A stretch of 64,000 bases of DNA from Octopus sinensis (lineage: Eukaryota), in NCBI RefSeq assembly GCF_006345805.1, contig NC_043000.1, positions 163,370,001 to 163,434,000 of the forward strand. Reading direction: 5' to 3'. The stretch's first letter is position 1. Every line of letters starts with the position of its first letter. The position numbers and the translations under genes are program-made. Of this stretch, positions 42,158-56,332 are shown piece after piece. The notes beneath the pieces were generated by a model. The model searched no databases. It saw only the letters and a program-made list of their open reading frames with translations, and was not told the origin of the DNA.

Positions 42158-42921
42158 TATCTATATAAATATTCATTTGAATATTTACTCATCGAATATT
42201 ATATATTTACAAGAATATTTTGGTGACGGTGTTGGTGTTGATATTCAGCTTTGATTGAACAAACCTTTGTTTGATCTTTGGATACTATGGAGGCAAGAAG
42301 TACCTCACGCAGGTGGAGACGGCAGGGAACGATGATGTTTCACCTGGTTCCACCAATGCTCATCCCTTTTTTTGTTTTTTCTTTTTAATTCTGACATTGT
42401 ATCGAAGGCAACGTATATCGTATCTACACTGTATTTAGGATTAAGCATTATGCAATGTATCACTCCTTTTCATTAACGGTGGGTTACTACTTCGGGAAGT
42501 ACTAGCTGTTATTTGGTACGATTTCAAGCAACCGATCCTTTGTCGGGATCTGTGCATTGTGTCGTCTGATATCGTCTCCAATTCATTTCTTAATATCGTC
42601 AAATGATGGAAACCAGAACTCTTTAAATGATTCAGTCAACTGTTGCTGCTGCTTCTGTCTCCAATTGCTGAGGCATGATTTTTCATTCAGCCTAATGCTG
42701 CTCATGTTTTTTATTTTGTGTCTCTTTCTAAGCTATTTCATGTATCAATCTCATTAACCAGTTCCTCCATAAATCAACAATTACCAAAATAATCTTGGAA
42801 TGTGCACTCTTTGATCAAATTAAATAGCCAGAGGAAACATGTGCAATGTCTGGTTCAGGGAATCTTTGGCTTCAATGCATTTTGACTGCAACATTTTGCT
42901 GTCAGTCATGCAGATATGCTA

Positions 42922-43505
42922 AGGCGGTGAGCTGGCAGAACAGTTAGCACGCCGGGCGAAATGTTTTGTGGTATTTCGTCTGTCGTTACGTTCTGAGTTC
43001 AAATTCCGCCGAGGTCGACTTTGCTTTCGTCCTTTCGGGGTCGATTAAATAAGTACCAGTTACGCACTGGGGTCGATATAATCGACTTAATCCATGTGCC
43101 TGTCCTTGTTTGTCCCCTCTGTGTTTAGCCCCTTGTCGGTAGTAAAGAAATGGGTATTTTGTCTGTCGCTACGTTCTGAGTTCAAATTCCGCTGAGGTCG
43201 ACTTTGCCTTTCATCCTTTCTGGGTCGATTAAATAAGTACCAGTTACACACTGGGGTCTATATAATCGACTTAATCCGTTTGTCTATCCTTGTTTGTCCC
43301 CACTGTGTTTAGCCCCTTGTGGGTAGTAAAGAAACAGTTATTTCGTCTGCCGTTAAGTTCTGAGTTCAAATTCCGCCGAGGTCGACTCTGCCTTTCATCG
43401 TTTACGGGGTCGATAAATTAAGTGCCAGTTGCGTATTGGGGTCGAACTAATCGACTGGCCTCCCTCCTCAAAAATTTCGGGCCTTGTGGCTAGATTAGAA
43501 AAGAA
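42922..43505 (+). mobile_element. Head-to-tail trimer of SINE family 1
   Basis: Three consecutive copies of the gttctgagttcaaattccgc core, about 180 bp apart. Confidence 0.9.
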
Positions 43506-44071
43506 TCATGTAGATATGTTGGCAAGAATGTATCAGAATATATTACTCAATATTTACTTGCCAAAACTAAGAACTACAAGATTCAAAAATGTTCACAATT
43601 AAAATAACAAGGCATACCACTCTAACAACAAAATAAAAAGCAACCACTACAGCTACGGTGACGTTCTGCTTTGCTCGGAACAAGGTTGAAAGATATCACC
43701 TGCTACCACATATACCCAGTATCATGCTGATGCAAACAAATATAGCACGCGGGAAGCTGTGTCATAAGGTGGTACAGCACGGAACCACTTCTTCCTCAGT
43801 TACCAAACTTCATAGCAGGTAAGCGAACAGAAGTAAAGGTAGATGCATAGAGAGGTAGAAAACTGAAAAGCAAAGAAAAATAAACGAATAATGATAGAGA
43901 GAGTAGGATAGGAAAAGAGTAGGGGTGCGGCATCCTTTGGCAAGTCTTTCTGTCTCACATTCCGCACAAAACTAGCAACGGAGATGGAATGAAAACACAA
44001 GATGGGGGAAACATACTTGGCACCACGTGTCCAGGATTCGAGTCCAAAAGACACGCTCACATATGCCCACG

Positions 44072-44104
<33 letters not shown>

Positions 44105-44129
44105 GCATATATATATATATATATATATA

Positions 44130-44222
<93 letters not shown>

Positions 44223-44229
44223 ATATATA

Positions 44230-44277
<48 letters not shown>

Positions 44278-44279
44278 GC

Positions 44280-44313
<34 letters not shown>

Positions 44314-45929
44314 AACATAGACATACATACACCATTCAGATGCAGAGGGAAATTCACAGATCCACACATCACACAGTTGGACACACCCGAAGTTGAAGTG
44401 TGTGTGTGTAAATATATGCACATTAACTTACACCAACATAAGCAAGGACATACACATAAGTTTCTATGGATAAAGGTATGATTGATTGGCTAAGAGTTTC
44501 GCTTCACAGAACACATAGTACTGGGTTCAACCACAAAACCCAGCACCTTGTCCCATTATCTCCTGGCAAGACCGTGGGTCCCTAAAATCATCGGAAGTGA
44601 GAACTGCAAAATTTAAAACTGCATGTACGCATACATGCATACAGTCATATACTCATATGTGTGTATGTACATATGTATAGGTGTGGGCATATGTGTATGT
44701 GTGTATGTGTGTATGTGTGTATGAATGTATGTGTGTGTGTGAGTGTGTGTGTGTTTGCGTATAACGACATGGGATGGCACAATCGATGTGGTTAATAAAA
44801 TCATTTTGTAGTTTATTGCATTCAATTATATGTTTTCCTATTTCATCTAATGACTTAGCGCTTCATCTTACGGATGCGATAAAATAATTATCAAAGCATT
44901 GAGGCTGAGACAATTGGTGAAATCTCTTGAAAGCAGTGATTAGCGCGGACTGAAATGGGAATAAAACAGGTTTCAGTTGTCATTGTACTAAAACGTGTTT
45001 AATGAAAACACACACACACATGCTATATATACACGCGCACTTACACACATAAACACACACATATGTATTCGTGTGCGAGTTTGGATAAATAACCAGGAGA
45101 AAATATATTACCAGTGGCGACACCAGCGTTTTCTAGCAACCCGATTAAGTTTTGGCCAGAAATTATGAGGACAGATGGGGAGCAGCAAATGTTTGACAAA
45201 AATAAAATTAGAGATAGTGTAATGCTATGTATAGTGTTACTATAGCAACTCTATTTGTTACATCTGTGAGGAGATAGAGTTGTAACAGTAAGGCAAATAA
45301 TTCTCTTGCGGTTTTTATATTGACACACTGTCCACCGCTACCAGGTTGAGCCGCCGAGAGTAGCAATAGACAAAACACCCAGATGGAATAACAGTGCACA
45401 ACTGCACTAGAACACCAGTGATTTTTGTTGCTCCTGACCAAAACCGGGCACAAGCACCAACAGAGATCCACGTCGACAAACATGCATTGCAAAAGCTATT
45501 CAGCATCAATTTCAAAAGCTGCTCGATATCTCAAAATTCTTCGCAGATAACATTGTCAAAAACGTGGCACAGAGTAAGGATGAAATATTTAGTTTCCGAA
45601 ATGAACGTTGTCATAATTAATGAGATAATGTCATAATTAATGAGATAATGTTTAACTTATATTCTTCTTTAGCTTTTACTTTTATAACAGATGTAGCCAG
45701 GTTCGAAACCTAGGGTTTCGGTTACCTGTTCAGAAGCATCATATCTGTGAAATATTACGGAAAAGACCCATTGCTATGTTTTATATTTATAATTTGAGTG
45801 GGTTTTTTGCGTAAGCAACAGAAACTATAAGATCAATTGGACCTCTCAAATATATCCACTCTTCCTTTTCTTTTCTTAATGCATTTTTTATATAACGATA
45901 TTTATATGGATTCAAAATTTGGTAGAGGC

Positions 45930-46125
45930 AAGCAATTTTTTTTTCTATTTTAGTCGTAGTGGGGAGTCGATTATATCGACCCCGATGCTCGACTGCTACT
46001 TGTTTTATCGCCCCCAAAACAATGAAAGGTAGAATCGACCTCAGCAAAATTTGCATTCAGAGCACAGGCAAGCGAAATACCGCCTAAATATTTTGCCCGG
46101 CGTGCTAACGATTCTGCCACCATAG
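45930..46125 (-). mobile_element. SINE family 1 (diverged)
   Basis: gcccggcgtgctaacgattctgcc and tcgacctc motifs on the reverse strand. Confidence 0.7.
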
Positions 46126-46567
46126 TTGCCTTATCTATATTTTAGTATTTTGAGCGTGGATTTACATTAGTCTGTACGTTGCGTTTATCTGACTTAATGG
46201 TAACGTATGTACTATACAAGAGTCTAGCAGTTTAGTGTGTGTGAGTGAGTGCGCACGCGTACGTGTGTGTGTGTGTGACTGAGTCAATGTTATAAACGGT
46301 GAGTGTATATGTCTGCATATGTGACGTAAAAACTTTTGCTTGTCTGTGTGCGTAGTCGTGCTATTTAGGAATCCATTTTATAGCTTTTACTTGTTTCAGT
46401 CATTAGACCGAGGCCATGCTGGGGCACCACTTTGAAGAATTTTTAGTCGAATGACTCGACCCGAACTGCTAAACCGGTTGTCAGGCGGAGTAAGCGCATA
46501 ACTGTGAAACAAGGTGGAAAAAAGAGTACTCAAATACCAGAGGTAGAGTAATATGCTTTATTTAAAA

Positions 46568-46646
46568 GCAGCAGAAATATAACAAAACTGTCCGACGAAC
46601 GGGAACGTGAAACTCTGAGTAACAGCTTTTGTTATATTTCTGCTGC
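46568..46646 (+). ncRNA. Hammerhead ribozyme candidate (U4C core variant) with ~24-bp helix I
   Basis: ctgt CCGACGA acg(ggaa)cgt GAAAC tctga GTA acag, enclosed by gcagcagaaatataacaaaa / cttttgttatatttctgctgc. Confidence 0.7.
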
Positions 46647-46677
46647 ATTAAAAAGAAAAAGTATATATGTGTACATA

Positions 46678-46716
<39 letters not shown>

Positions 46717-46813
46717 TATATATAATAACTATTAGGGAATAAATCCAAATTTACAGGGGGAAAAAATCAGATTTAGGGATAAATCGATTTTATAGTAAAA
46801 TATTATAAAATAT

Positions 46814-46953
46814 TATTCGAGACAAAACCACTATTTTGCAAAACAAACAAGGAAAGACTTAATCAATACATAAAATTTTAATAATATAAAATTTTATGTA
46901 TTGATTAAGTCTTTCCTTGTTTGTTTTGCAAAATAGTGGTTTTGTCTCGAATA
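46814..46953. repeat. Perfect 67-bp-arm fold-back of the PLE terminus
   Basis: Arms 46814-46880 and 46887-46953, 6-nt spacer. The arm matches 17307-17373 with one mismatch. Confidence 0.95.
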
Positions 46954-47044
<91 letters not shown>

Positions 47045-47051
47045 TAGTACA

Positions 47052-47090
<39 letters not shown>

Positions 47091-47113
47091 ACTTATATAT
47101 TTTTTCTTTTTAT

Positions 47114-47193
47114 GCAGCAGAAATATAACAAAACTGTCCGACGCGAACGGGAACGTGAAACTCTGAGTAACAGCTTTTGTTATATTTCTGCTG
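47114..47193 (+). ncRNA. Second copy of that hammerhead, with a 2-nt insertion in the core
   Basis: Same sequence but CCGACGCGA; probably inactive. Confidence 0.55.
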
Positions 47194-47245
47194 TGCATTT
47201 AAAAAAAAAAATATATATGTATATAATATATATATATATATATAG

Positions 47246-47277
<32 letters not shown>

Positions 47278-47592
47278 CCATAATATATGTACATTATACA
47301 TATATATATATATATATAATATATTATATAATATTATATATATATATATATATATCTATTATATATATAATTATATTATATTATGTGGTGTGTGTTGTGT
47401 ATATATATACGCACACATACACGAGTCAGTGGACAAACGAAAAAGGACACTCAATACATTTATTGGGAGTTACATGTATGGATCAATTCAAGTTCAAGAT
47501 GTCTGAAGATTAGCATCACGCTTGAAACTCGGAGTGCCAAAGGAATTGAATCAAACTATTTTGATACGCACACACACACACACACGTATATA

Positions 47593-47630
<38 letters not shown>

Positions 47631-47870
47631 CGACAGGCTTCTTTCAGTTTCTGTCTACCAAATCCACTATCAAAGCTTTGGTTGGCCCTAGGCTATCGTG
47701 GAAAACACTTGCCCAGGGTGCCATGCTGTGCGACTGAACTCGAAACTATGCAACTGGAAGCAAGCTTTCCACCACACAGCCACGACTAGTCTTTTCTTTG
47801 GGTGTATATGTGTGTGTATGTGTGTCCGTTTGCTTACGAATATGTATACATTTGATTGAGGGCGCGCATT

Positions 47871-47901
<31 letters not shown>

Positions 47902-48262
47902 GAGTGTGTGAATAAATAAGTGATTCGTACCATATATTGATATTTTTGAATGACTGTATATGTGTAAGTTAAGAATGGTTGTATATGTGTATGTATTGTT
48001 TTAAAGTGTGAGCTAATGTCCTGCCAGAAGGTATATCAGCGCATGCGTAGGCTTATGGATCGAATGTCAACGTGAAACAGCACGCTTGAGTATGTGTGTG
48101 TGTATGTGTGTGTGTATGTGTGTGTGTATGTGTGTGTGTATGTGTGTGTATGTGTGTGTGAATGCATGTGTGTGTGTCTGTGGTTGAGCGTTTATGCGTG
48201 CGCGTGCTTGTGTTCGCTCATGTGTGAGTGTGCAACTCTTGAGTGCGCGTGTATGTTATGGC

Positions 48263-48311
<49 letters not shown>

Positions 48312-48352
48312 AATATATATACATACACACACACTATATATACACACATATA

Positions 48353-48386
<34 letters not shown>

Positions 48387-48412
48387 ATATATATATATAT
48401 ACATATATATAG

Positions 48413-48444
<32 letters not shown>

Positions 48445-49336
48445 TATATATACATACACACACACATATATATACGTACACACCACACATAAATGCAAAC
48501 ATGCATATACGCATACAAATATAGAAACATGCTTACATACACGCGCGACACGTATATATATATATATATTCACGTATATATTAGCGTTAAAGAGCGCACG
48601 AGTGCGTATGCTAATTTTAAACATACGCTCGGCATTGTTCTTAAGGTTCCATATACATACCCAATGCATTATCCAGAACAACAACATTATAAAGGAGAGA
48701 CAACAACAACAACAACAACAACAACAATTATAAGAACAACTGCAGCAACAACAACAACAATAGCAATTGTAACAATAACAATGTTGCTATCCCATAACCG
48801 ATATTCCACATGGTTGCTCAATAAAATAACCAAAACAGGGCGGTATTGTCTTGTCGCTAGGGGTCGCTCCGGTTCGTTCATACACACCCATAATACAATT
48901 TCTACTTGATGAATTCAATAGCTTTTCAATGAACAGTTCAGGTAGAAAGAAAACATATGACGTAGAAAACAGCTTCTCATTGGACTGGAGTATACGTGTA
49001 TACATACATACAAACATACATACAATCACACACACACATACACACATATATATACAAACATACACACATAGATACATACACAGACGCACACATACACTTA
49101 TATATGTATATAAATATTTACATATATATGTATCTATAGTAAGTGCACATACATATATATAAATACATAAATAGATAAATATATACATACATATATATGC
49201 ATATATATATATGTGTGTGTATATACAGAAATATACTACACACACATTTATACAAATTATATATGTATGTGTGTGTATGTTTGTAAGTAGATAGACAGAC
49301 AGAGATATACAGATAGATAGAAAGACAGACAGATAG

Positions 49337-49407
<71 letters not shown>

Positions 49408-49655
49408 GCATACACATACACTCACACACACACGTACGCATGCACACACACACAGTACATACACTCTCTCACTCACACACATATATACATATACACATAT
49501 GTATATGTACATACATATACAGATACATATATATGTCCATATATATGTGTGTGTGTATGTATGTATGTATGTATGTATGTGTGTGTGTGTAAGTACGTTC
49601 ACAGGCTCTATGAATGGCCGTTTGGAAAGAACATTAATATTTAGATTTACCTAAC

Positions 49656-49729
<74 letters not shown>

Positions 49730-50643
49730 AATATAGACGCGAATGTTTGTTTTATTTTAGCTTTGTTTTTTTTTTTGTTTGTCTCTTCAGTCTGCACCGT
49801 ACATAAGTGTGTGTATGTCTTTCCGTATGCGCAAATGTCTGTCTGTGTGTGATTGATTTAGTCTCTAAGAATAGAACCTGCAAAAAGCAACCAAACAAAA
49901 GCGCGGCAGAAACGCTATGGCAACGTCTAGGTAATTGTTGCAACAGATAATGATAATAATGCATAACGATTCATTACATCGTTAATGATGATAATGATAA
50001 TAATGATTTCTTAATTTTCCTGCAGAGCAAGAAGTACAGAATAGAAGAAATGGTGAGGGCAAGGAGTCTGATCGTATCTATGTAGTTCCAGGTATGCATA
50101 CATACATACCATGTTCTCTGAGCTTTTTTTTTTTGTCTTTGTTGCCGTACACATTCGCTAGCTTTCTTACAAAGGGGTCTAATGCTCTTAGCTTAGACCT
50201 TTTGGGGGGCAACCAGATCGAACCATCTCAAGTGTAACTGTCCGAAATAGTCGTGACCTCTGGTACTTGACTGTGGAAAGAAAACCACGAATGACCCGTC
50301 CTTTTTCGCCTGTCCTTCAAATTGTTGTTTCTCTTGTCCACCTTTGAATCGTCTATCTGTCCGAATGATTTAATGTCCTCTATTGCGTTTTTGTTCCATT
50401 TTTATTTCTATATATACATACATACCTATATGCATGCATACATACATACATATATACACACACGCACACACATATATATATATAATGACTAATATTTAAG
50501 AATAGAGTAAATAGTTTTAAAATGTTTTCATTGTAGTTGAATATACATTAGTATGTAATAATTCCAAGAACTATTGGTTAGTTTTCATGTGCTATTATAT
50601 TCATATCCCCCAATGAGCTTTATGTGAATGAACTTTATGTGTA

Positions 50644-50674
<31 letters not shown>

Positions 50675-51419
50675 TGTGTGTGTGTGTGTGTGTGAAAAAG
50701 AAAGGGAAGAAGAAAAACCAAGGCATTTGAAAATATAAAAATGAATCCTAAATCTTTCTATAAATTTTCAAAAGAATCTGCCTCAATGTGCTACAAGATA
50801 AAGGGCCAATATTTCAAGAAAATGGTCCCTGACTGCAGACCCAGTGAGAAGTGAATTATGAAATGAACAATTCCGAAATGTTTTCCTTTTCCCTCGGGGA
50901 GATATGCAAATGAGCAAACTTGAAGAATTCTTCAACTCTGCGGATTTACCCCAAAAGTGGCGGCCATCGACTACATCAACATAAAGGAAAAAGATATAAT
51001 ATCGGCCATTAATTAGATAAAACAACGAACTCAGCAACGGACTCGGATGGATTTCCGGTTATTCTTTAAAATATGTGCAAGAAAACTCCCGGAAAACCAC
51101 CGCAGATACTCTTTCAGAGTTCCCTTGCATGTGGCAAACTTCCCAAATGTTAAACGGTATAATATGCCCTCTTCTTCTTCTTCTTCTTCTTCTTCTTCTT
51201 CTTCTTCTTCTTCTTCTTCTTCTTCTTCTTCTTCTTCTTCTTCTTCTTCTTCTTCTTCTTCTTCTTCTTTCATGGCAGACAAATAACAGCTTCTAAGCAG
51301 AAAGACGTCGTGCCATTGAATTCTTGACGGAGAAGTGCAGGCTGTTTGACATCGAATGAACACCACAGGTTCTTTACGGAGATGGCACTACTGATAAGAG
51401 CAACATATATAGATGGATA

Positions 51420-51875
51420 AAGAAGTTTTAAAAAAGGGAACAAGAGTTGAAGACAAACCATCTACTGGTCGCCCAACGGCAACCACTAACGCGAATTACG
51501 GATGAGTTGATGAGTTGACTCCGACGACCGACGAGTCACAATCCTTGAACTTGCTACACAACTAGATTGTGGTCACAATACATTTAAGATGATTACTAAA
51601 GACATTGAGTATCTGAAAGTTAGTGCAAATTGTGTACCTTGGTGCTTGACACCCGATTTGAAGGAGAGTCTGCTCTCATCTGCTAGAAGCGTTTCAACCA
51701 TGAAAACACGTCTTTATTTTATGATCATTTTTCCGACCTAGTGATAGAGACGAAACGCGAGCATATCTATATGATCTGGAAACGAACGCTCAGTCCAAGA
51801 AATAACATCACACCTCTTCTCTAAAGAAGTTCAAAACCCAGGACAGAAGGTCATGGTGACTGCTTTGGTGGGATA
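51420..51875 (+). mobile_element. Decayed mariner transposase fragment
   Basis: TGRP, RRVT, KVSA..VP..LT, DET..Y.YD.ET..QS and KVMVT motifs. Confidence 0.7.
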
Positions 51876-52376
51876 ACACCACCATCACATACCACAATGT
51901 TTTTATTTGTATATTTACTTTTAACTATCAGCTATGATTTTATACCTTTGTGGGGATCATGATAGTACTAGTGGTGATGGCGGCGTCGGCGGCGGTGGGG
52001 GTGGCGGCGGCAGTGGCGGTGGCGGTGGCAGTGGCGGTGGCGGCGGCAGTTGCGGTGGCGGCGGCAGTAGCGGTGGCGGCGGCAGTGGCGGTGGCGGCGG
52101 CAGAGGCGGTGAGGGTGACAGTAATTTCTGTGACTGGTGTATTACAACTTGGCTGTTGCTATCACCGTTACTTTCGATATTGTGTGAGGTGAGGTTACTT
52201 TTCCCAGGGAATATGTTTAGAAATAGTTGGCCAGTATTGATGAGATGTCTATAACGTCTATACTGCTGCTGATTGCAGATTATTAAAGGAAATTATGTCC
52301 TTATTGTAGAAAAATCAATTGATCAAACATACATTCAGGCATACATACATGCATAATGCAGCTACTACATAAATAC

Positions 52377-52480
<104 letters not shown>

Positions 52481-52785
52481 AAGGTAGTTATAAAGAGAAA
52501 GAGAGAAAGAAAGAGATGTGCAGTTATGTGGGTATGTGTAAGTGTATTTATATGTTCTCCTCAAAACAAACATACATAGAATAACTAATATCAATAATTC
52601 TTGATCAAACAAACACAGCTAACACACTGGGTGCGGAATAATTTCAGTTTGCTTAGAAAAGAAAAAGAAAAACATAAAGGAAGGAAATGACATTAAAAAC
52701 ACAAGTATCTTTCGAATCAATGTTTTCGTGTTTCCTTTCTCATTCTTTTTTTCTCTTTTACTTTCTCCGTATACTGGTTATTATT

Positions 52786-52992
52786 GAGCTGGCAGAATCG
52801 TTAGCAAGCTGGACGAAATGCTTGGCGGCATTTCGCCCGTCGCTACGTTCTGGGTTCAAATTCCGATGACGTCGACTTTGCCTTTCATCCTTTCGGGGTC
52901 GATAAATTAAGTACCAATGAAACAATGGTGTCGATGTAATTGACTTGTCTCCTCTCCTAAAATTTCAAGCCTTGTACTTTAGTAGAAAGGAT
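52786..52992 (+). mobile_element. SINE family 1
   Basis: gagctggcagaatcgttagca..gtcgactttgcctttcatcctttcggggtcgataaattaagtacc. Confidence 0.85.
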
Positions 52993-54509
52993 TATTATTA
53001 ATATTAGCAAAAAGACCACCCTCCGGCGGTTTTCTGCTAGCAGTTTGATAATATTTTCACATTTGATTCCCAATTCTAATAATTTTTATATTTTACGTCA
53101 CTTGCTTAGTAAGTATTGCTTTCATTATTTTATCAGTCATAATCTGTCTCTTTTAAACAAACATCACGGTAGTCCAACAACAAAGGGAGAAGCATTTTGT
53201 CAAGTTTTACTTTCCCCTCAGAGCAGCATAGAGATTTCAATTCAGCATCCCTTCGGTAAGTTTTGCAGTGTGTGCGTGAGAGAGGTGGGGGAGAGGGAAC
53301 ATTGCAAACAATGAATGAAATGCACATGAAATGAAAAAATCGTGTAAATAAAAGGGCATTACTACAGATGTATACGCCCCCGACTTTGTTGCCTCATAAC
53401 ATCCAGAAAAATGGATACTCTTTAATAAAATTTTCTATAAATACCGCTTAGATGCTGTGGTTTCAGAGTATATAGGGATTTAGAATTTTCCGAGGAGGTG
53501 GAGAGAAGAGTTTTGGAAAATTTACACTATCTGACTTTCTCTCCTCATAACTTTCAGGAAGAGGGGTATCTGTTGATGAAAATTTATACAAATCACTTTC
53601 AAACATAGATTACGATTATAAAGAAATTTGTGAGGAAATTTTTTCAGGGATTTTCCTCACTTTTTCTTAAACCACAGCCTTCGAAATGATGGGGGAGTGG
53701 GCATCTTTTTTACACCCGTCCCTCATCATCTCACTCCGGGCCTATTTTGGCTGATTGTTTTTTTTATTTTTATTTTATACTTCGAAACCACGGGAAAAGC
53801 ATTTTAGGTAAAAAAAACAACTTTTTTAATTGTTAATATTTTCAGAGGGAAAAGTGAGTGATGTAAGGGCGATTTAGCTGTTGTTTCTAGCATATCCAAA
53901 GACAACCCTCCTCGTTTCATTATCACTCTCGCATGTTTATATGTTTTTCAATATTTTCCCCCATAAATACATTTATATGCTATAAAAAAGAAAATTTGGA
54001 AAATTGTGAACCTTTCGCAACCCCACTCTCTGATCACGATTGTTTCTGCTTAGAAATTAAAATATTGAAGAGCTTGAGAAGGTCATTGCTGGCATTTATC
54101 TACAGTGATTAAAAAAAATTACGGAGATGTACTTGCATAGCAAATGAATTGATTTGAGATCGTGTGCTGAAACAAAAACAATTGCAGCGAAGACGTTTGT
54201 AAGCAAAAGTAATGCAGCACTTGTCTTGTCAGTGAACAGCAAACACACACACACACACACATGCACACACATGCACACACACACACACACATTCATTACC
54301 CTTCATTTGTGTGTATGTGTATCTATGTATGTGTGCGTGTGTCACTGTTGAATAAGGTGCAAGTTTCAGGTACTTGTCGGTAACTTTTTTCCTCTTCGTC
54401 TTCTAACAGTAATTACCTAACTTGCTGGCCACTTCTCACAGCTATCCCGCGTTCAAATATTATACGGGTATTTAAAAAAATTTCATTCAATAAATAATAA
54501 ATTACGTAT

Positions 54510-54888
54510 ACATTCGTGGCACTCTGTCGGTTACGACAAGGAGGTTCCAGTTCATCCGATCAACGGAACAGCCTGCTCGTGAAATTAACGTGCAAGTGGC
54601 TGAGCACTCCACAGACACGCGTACCCTTAAAGTAGTTCTCAGGGAGATTCAGCGTGACACAGTGTGTGAAAATACTGGCCTCTTGAAATACAGGTACAAC
54701 AGAAACGGGTAGAAAGAGTGAGAGAAAGTTGTGGTGAAAGAGTATAGCAGGGCACGCCAACAAACCCTGCCGGAGCATCGTGGCGCTTTAGGTGTTTCCG
54801 CTCAATAAACACTCATAACGCCCGATCTGGGAATCGAAATCGCGATCCCGCGTCCGCTGCCCTAACCACTGGGCCATTGCGCCTCCAT
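54510..54888 (-). mobile_element. tRNA-derived SINE family 3, near full length
   Basis: Reverse strand begins tggaggcgcaatggcccagtggttagggcagcgg..atttcgattccc (A and B boxes). Confidence 0.75.
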
Positions 54889-55254
54889 GACGTATACATT
54901 AATAGAATAAACTATCGGTTTTAAAAAAGAAAGTGAGAGACTTTGCAAATGAAAATGGAATACTCCGCAGTAAGTGCAATGAATATTTAAATTTGCGAGA
55001 AACTGGAGTTTAAAATATTCAAGAAGCTTGAGAAATCGAAATTATAGGAAATTTCTTAAAACATGAATTTATAAAAATAATTCCAGACAATCAACCCATT
55101 AATAATTGCTTTCTTTTAGTACTTTTAGTAATTGTTACATACCTAAGTAATAAGCAGCTTTCTCCGTTATAGTATAGATTATTATTTCTCTTTATCGCAG
55201 GCTTTTTTTGGAACTTCTGGAGTCTTCCACGCGTAGCGGGCTTGCTATCTGCAG

Positions 55255-56205
55255 CCAACGATATCATGCTATCCGTTCTTTCCAGCTATCTAATACATTC
55301 CTGATTATTCTGGCCGTGCCAAGGGGACAAATCTTTTGTAACAGTTCTACTGAGCACTCTATTCCAATTTCCTTTATATTAATCTTGATGTCTCCTGATA
55401 CTGTTCCCAAAGACCCAACAATAATTGGCATAATCTTCACCTTCTTCATTTTCCATAACCGGGCTATTTCGCACTAAAAAGGGTTGTATGTATCTATCTT
55501 TTCGTTTTCCTTCTTGATTATACGTAGGTCAAGGAGACATGCAACATCAACTATATAGCATATGTGGTAAACCTTGTCAACCACCGCTAGGTCCGGTCTG
55601 CTATGCTCTAGCACCTGATCTATTTGGATTGGGAAATCCCAGAAGATTTTGCTAGTCACCGACTCTGTTACTCTCTGAGGTTTGTGCTCATAACACGTCT
55701 TGCCTCTCTCTAGTCCCTACTGTTCGCACAGTTTCCATTGTACCACTTTCGCTACCTGGCCGTGTCGCCACAGCTTGTAGTGGTTTGGGGCAAATCTAGG
55801 GCATTCTTTCGTGATATGGGCAATTGATTCATCCACCCTATTGCAGATGCGGCACAGCGGAGACACTTGCTGATTCCTAAGTTTGACCCTCCAGTTCGTG
55901 GCCAAAGCTTAGTCCTCTACTGCCAGTATAATGCTCTCGGTCTCTTTTTTTAGGGTTCCTTCCATCAGCCAATCCCAACTATTTTTCCAGCAGCTTCTGC
56001 TGTGGATAGATAGCTTTCATCGTCTCATCACCACCGTAGCACATTTTGAGAGTCCAAACTCCATCTTAATATCATTGGAGAAAATCCGCACAGAATGGAC
56101 TAGGATGTCCAGTTCTGCCCCAGCTTTTTTGAATGGCCTCAGGTCGTCCATGAATAGCAAGTAGTTTAGTTTTCTCTTACCCCTTCGTAGATCATACCCC
56201 TGTTA
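55255..56205 (-). pseudogene. R4/Dong-like RLE LINE fragment (RT end, CCHC knuckle, endonuclease)
   Basis: YLLFMDDL; SPLCRICNRVDESIAHITKEC; IFWDFPIQ..HSRPDL..DVAC..KKENEK; PIIVGSLG..LQK..LGTARIIRNVL. Confidence 0.85.
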
Positions 56206-56332
56206 TTGTTATTATTATGAAGCCGGTGGATTGGCAGAATCTTTACAGCATTTAACAAAATACGTTACAGTATTTATATAGTATCTTTGCGTTCCGAGTT
56301 CAAATCCTGCTGAGTTCATCTTTACTTTAAGG

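Noticed and set aside
45236-45249. RFX X-box match GTTACTATAGCAAC
   Set aside because: A degenerate 14-mer of this type is roughly expected by chance in 64 kb of AT-rich DNA, and no associated gene start was identified.
45208-45515. Non-repetitive minus-strand ORFs with hydrophobic stretches (possible host exon)
   Set aside because: No recognisable domain or convincing splice sites; would need RNA-seq or homology.
45610-45650. 20-bp tandem duplication gtcataattaatgagataat
   Set aside because: Ordinary slippage duplication with no associated structure.
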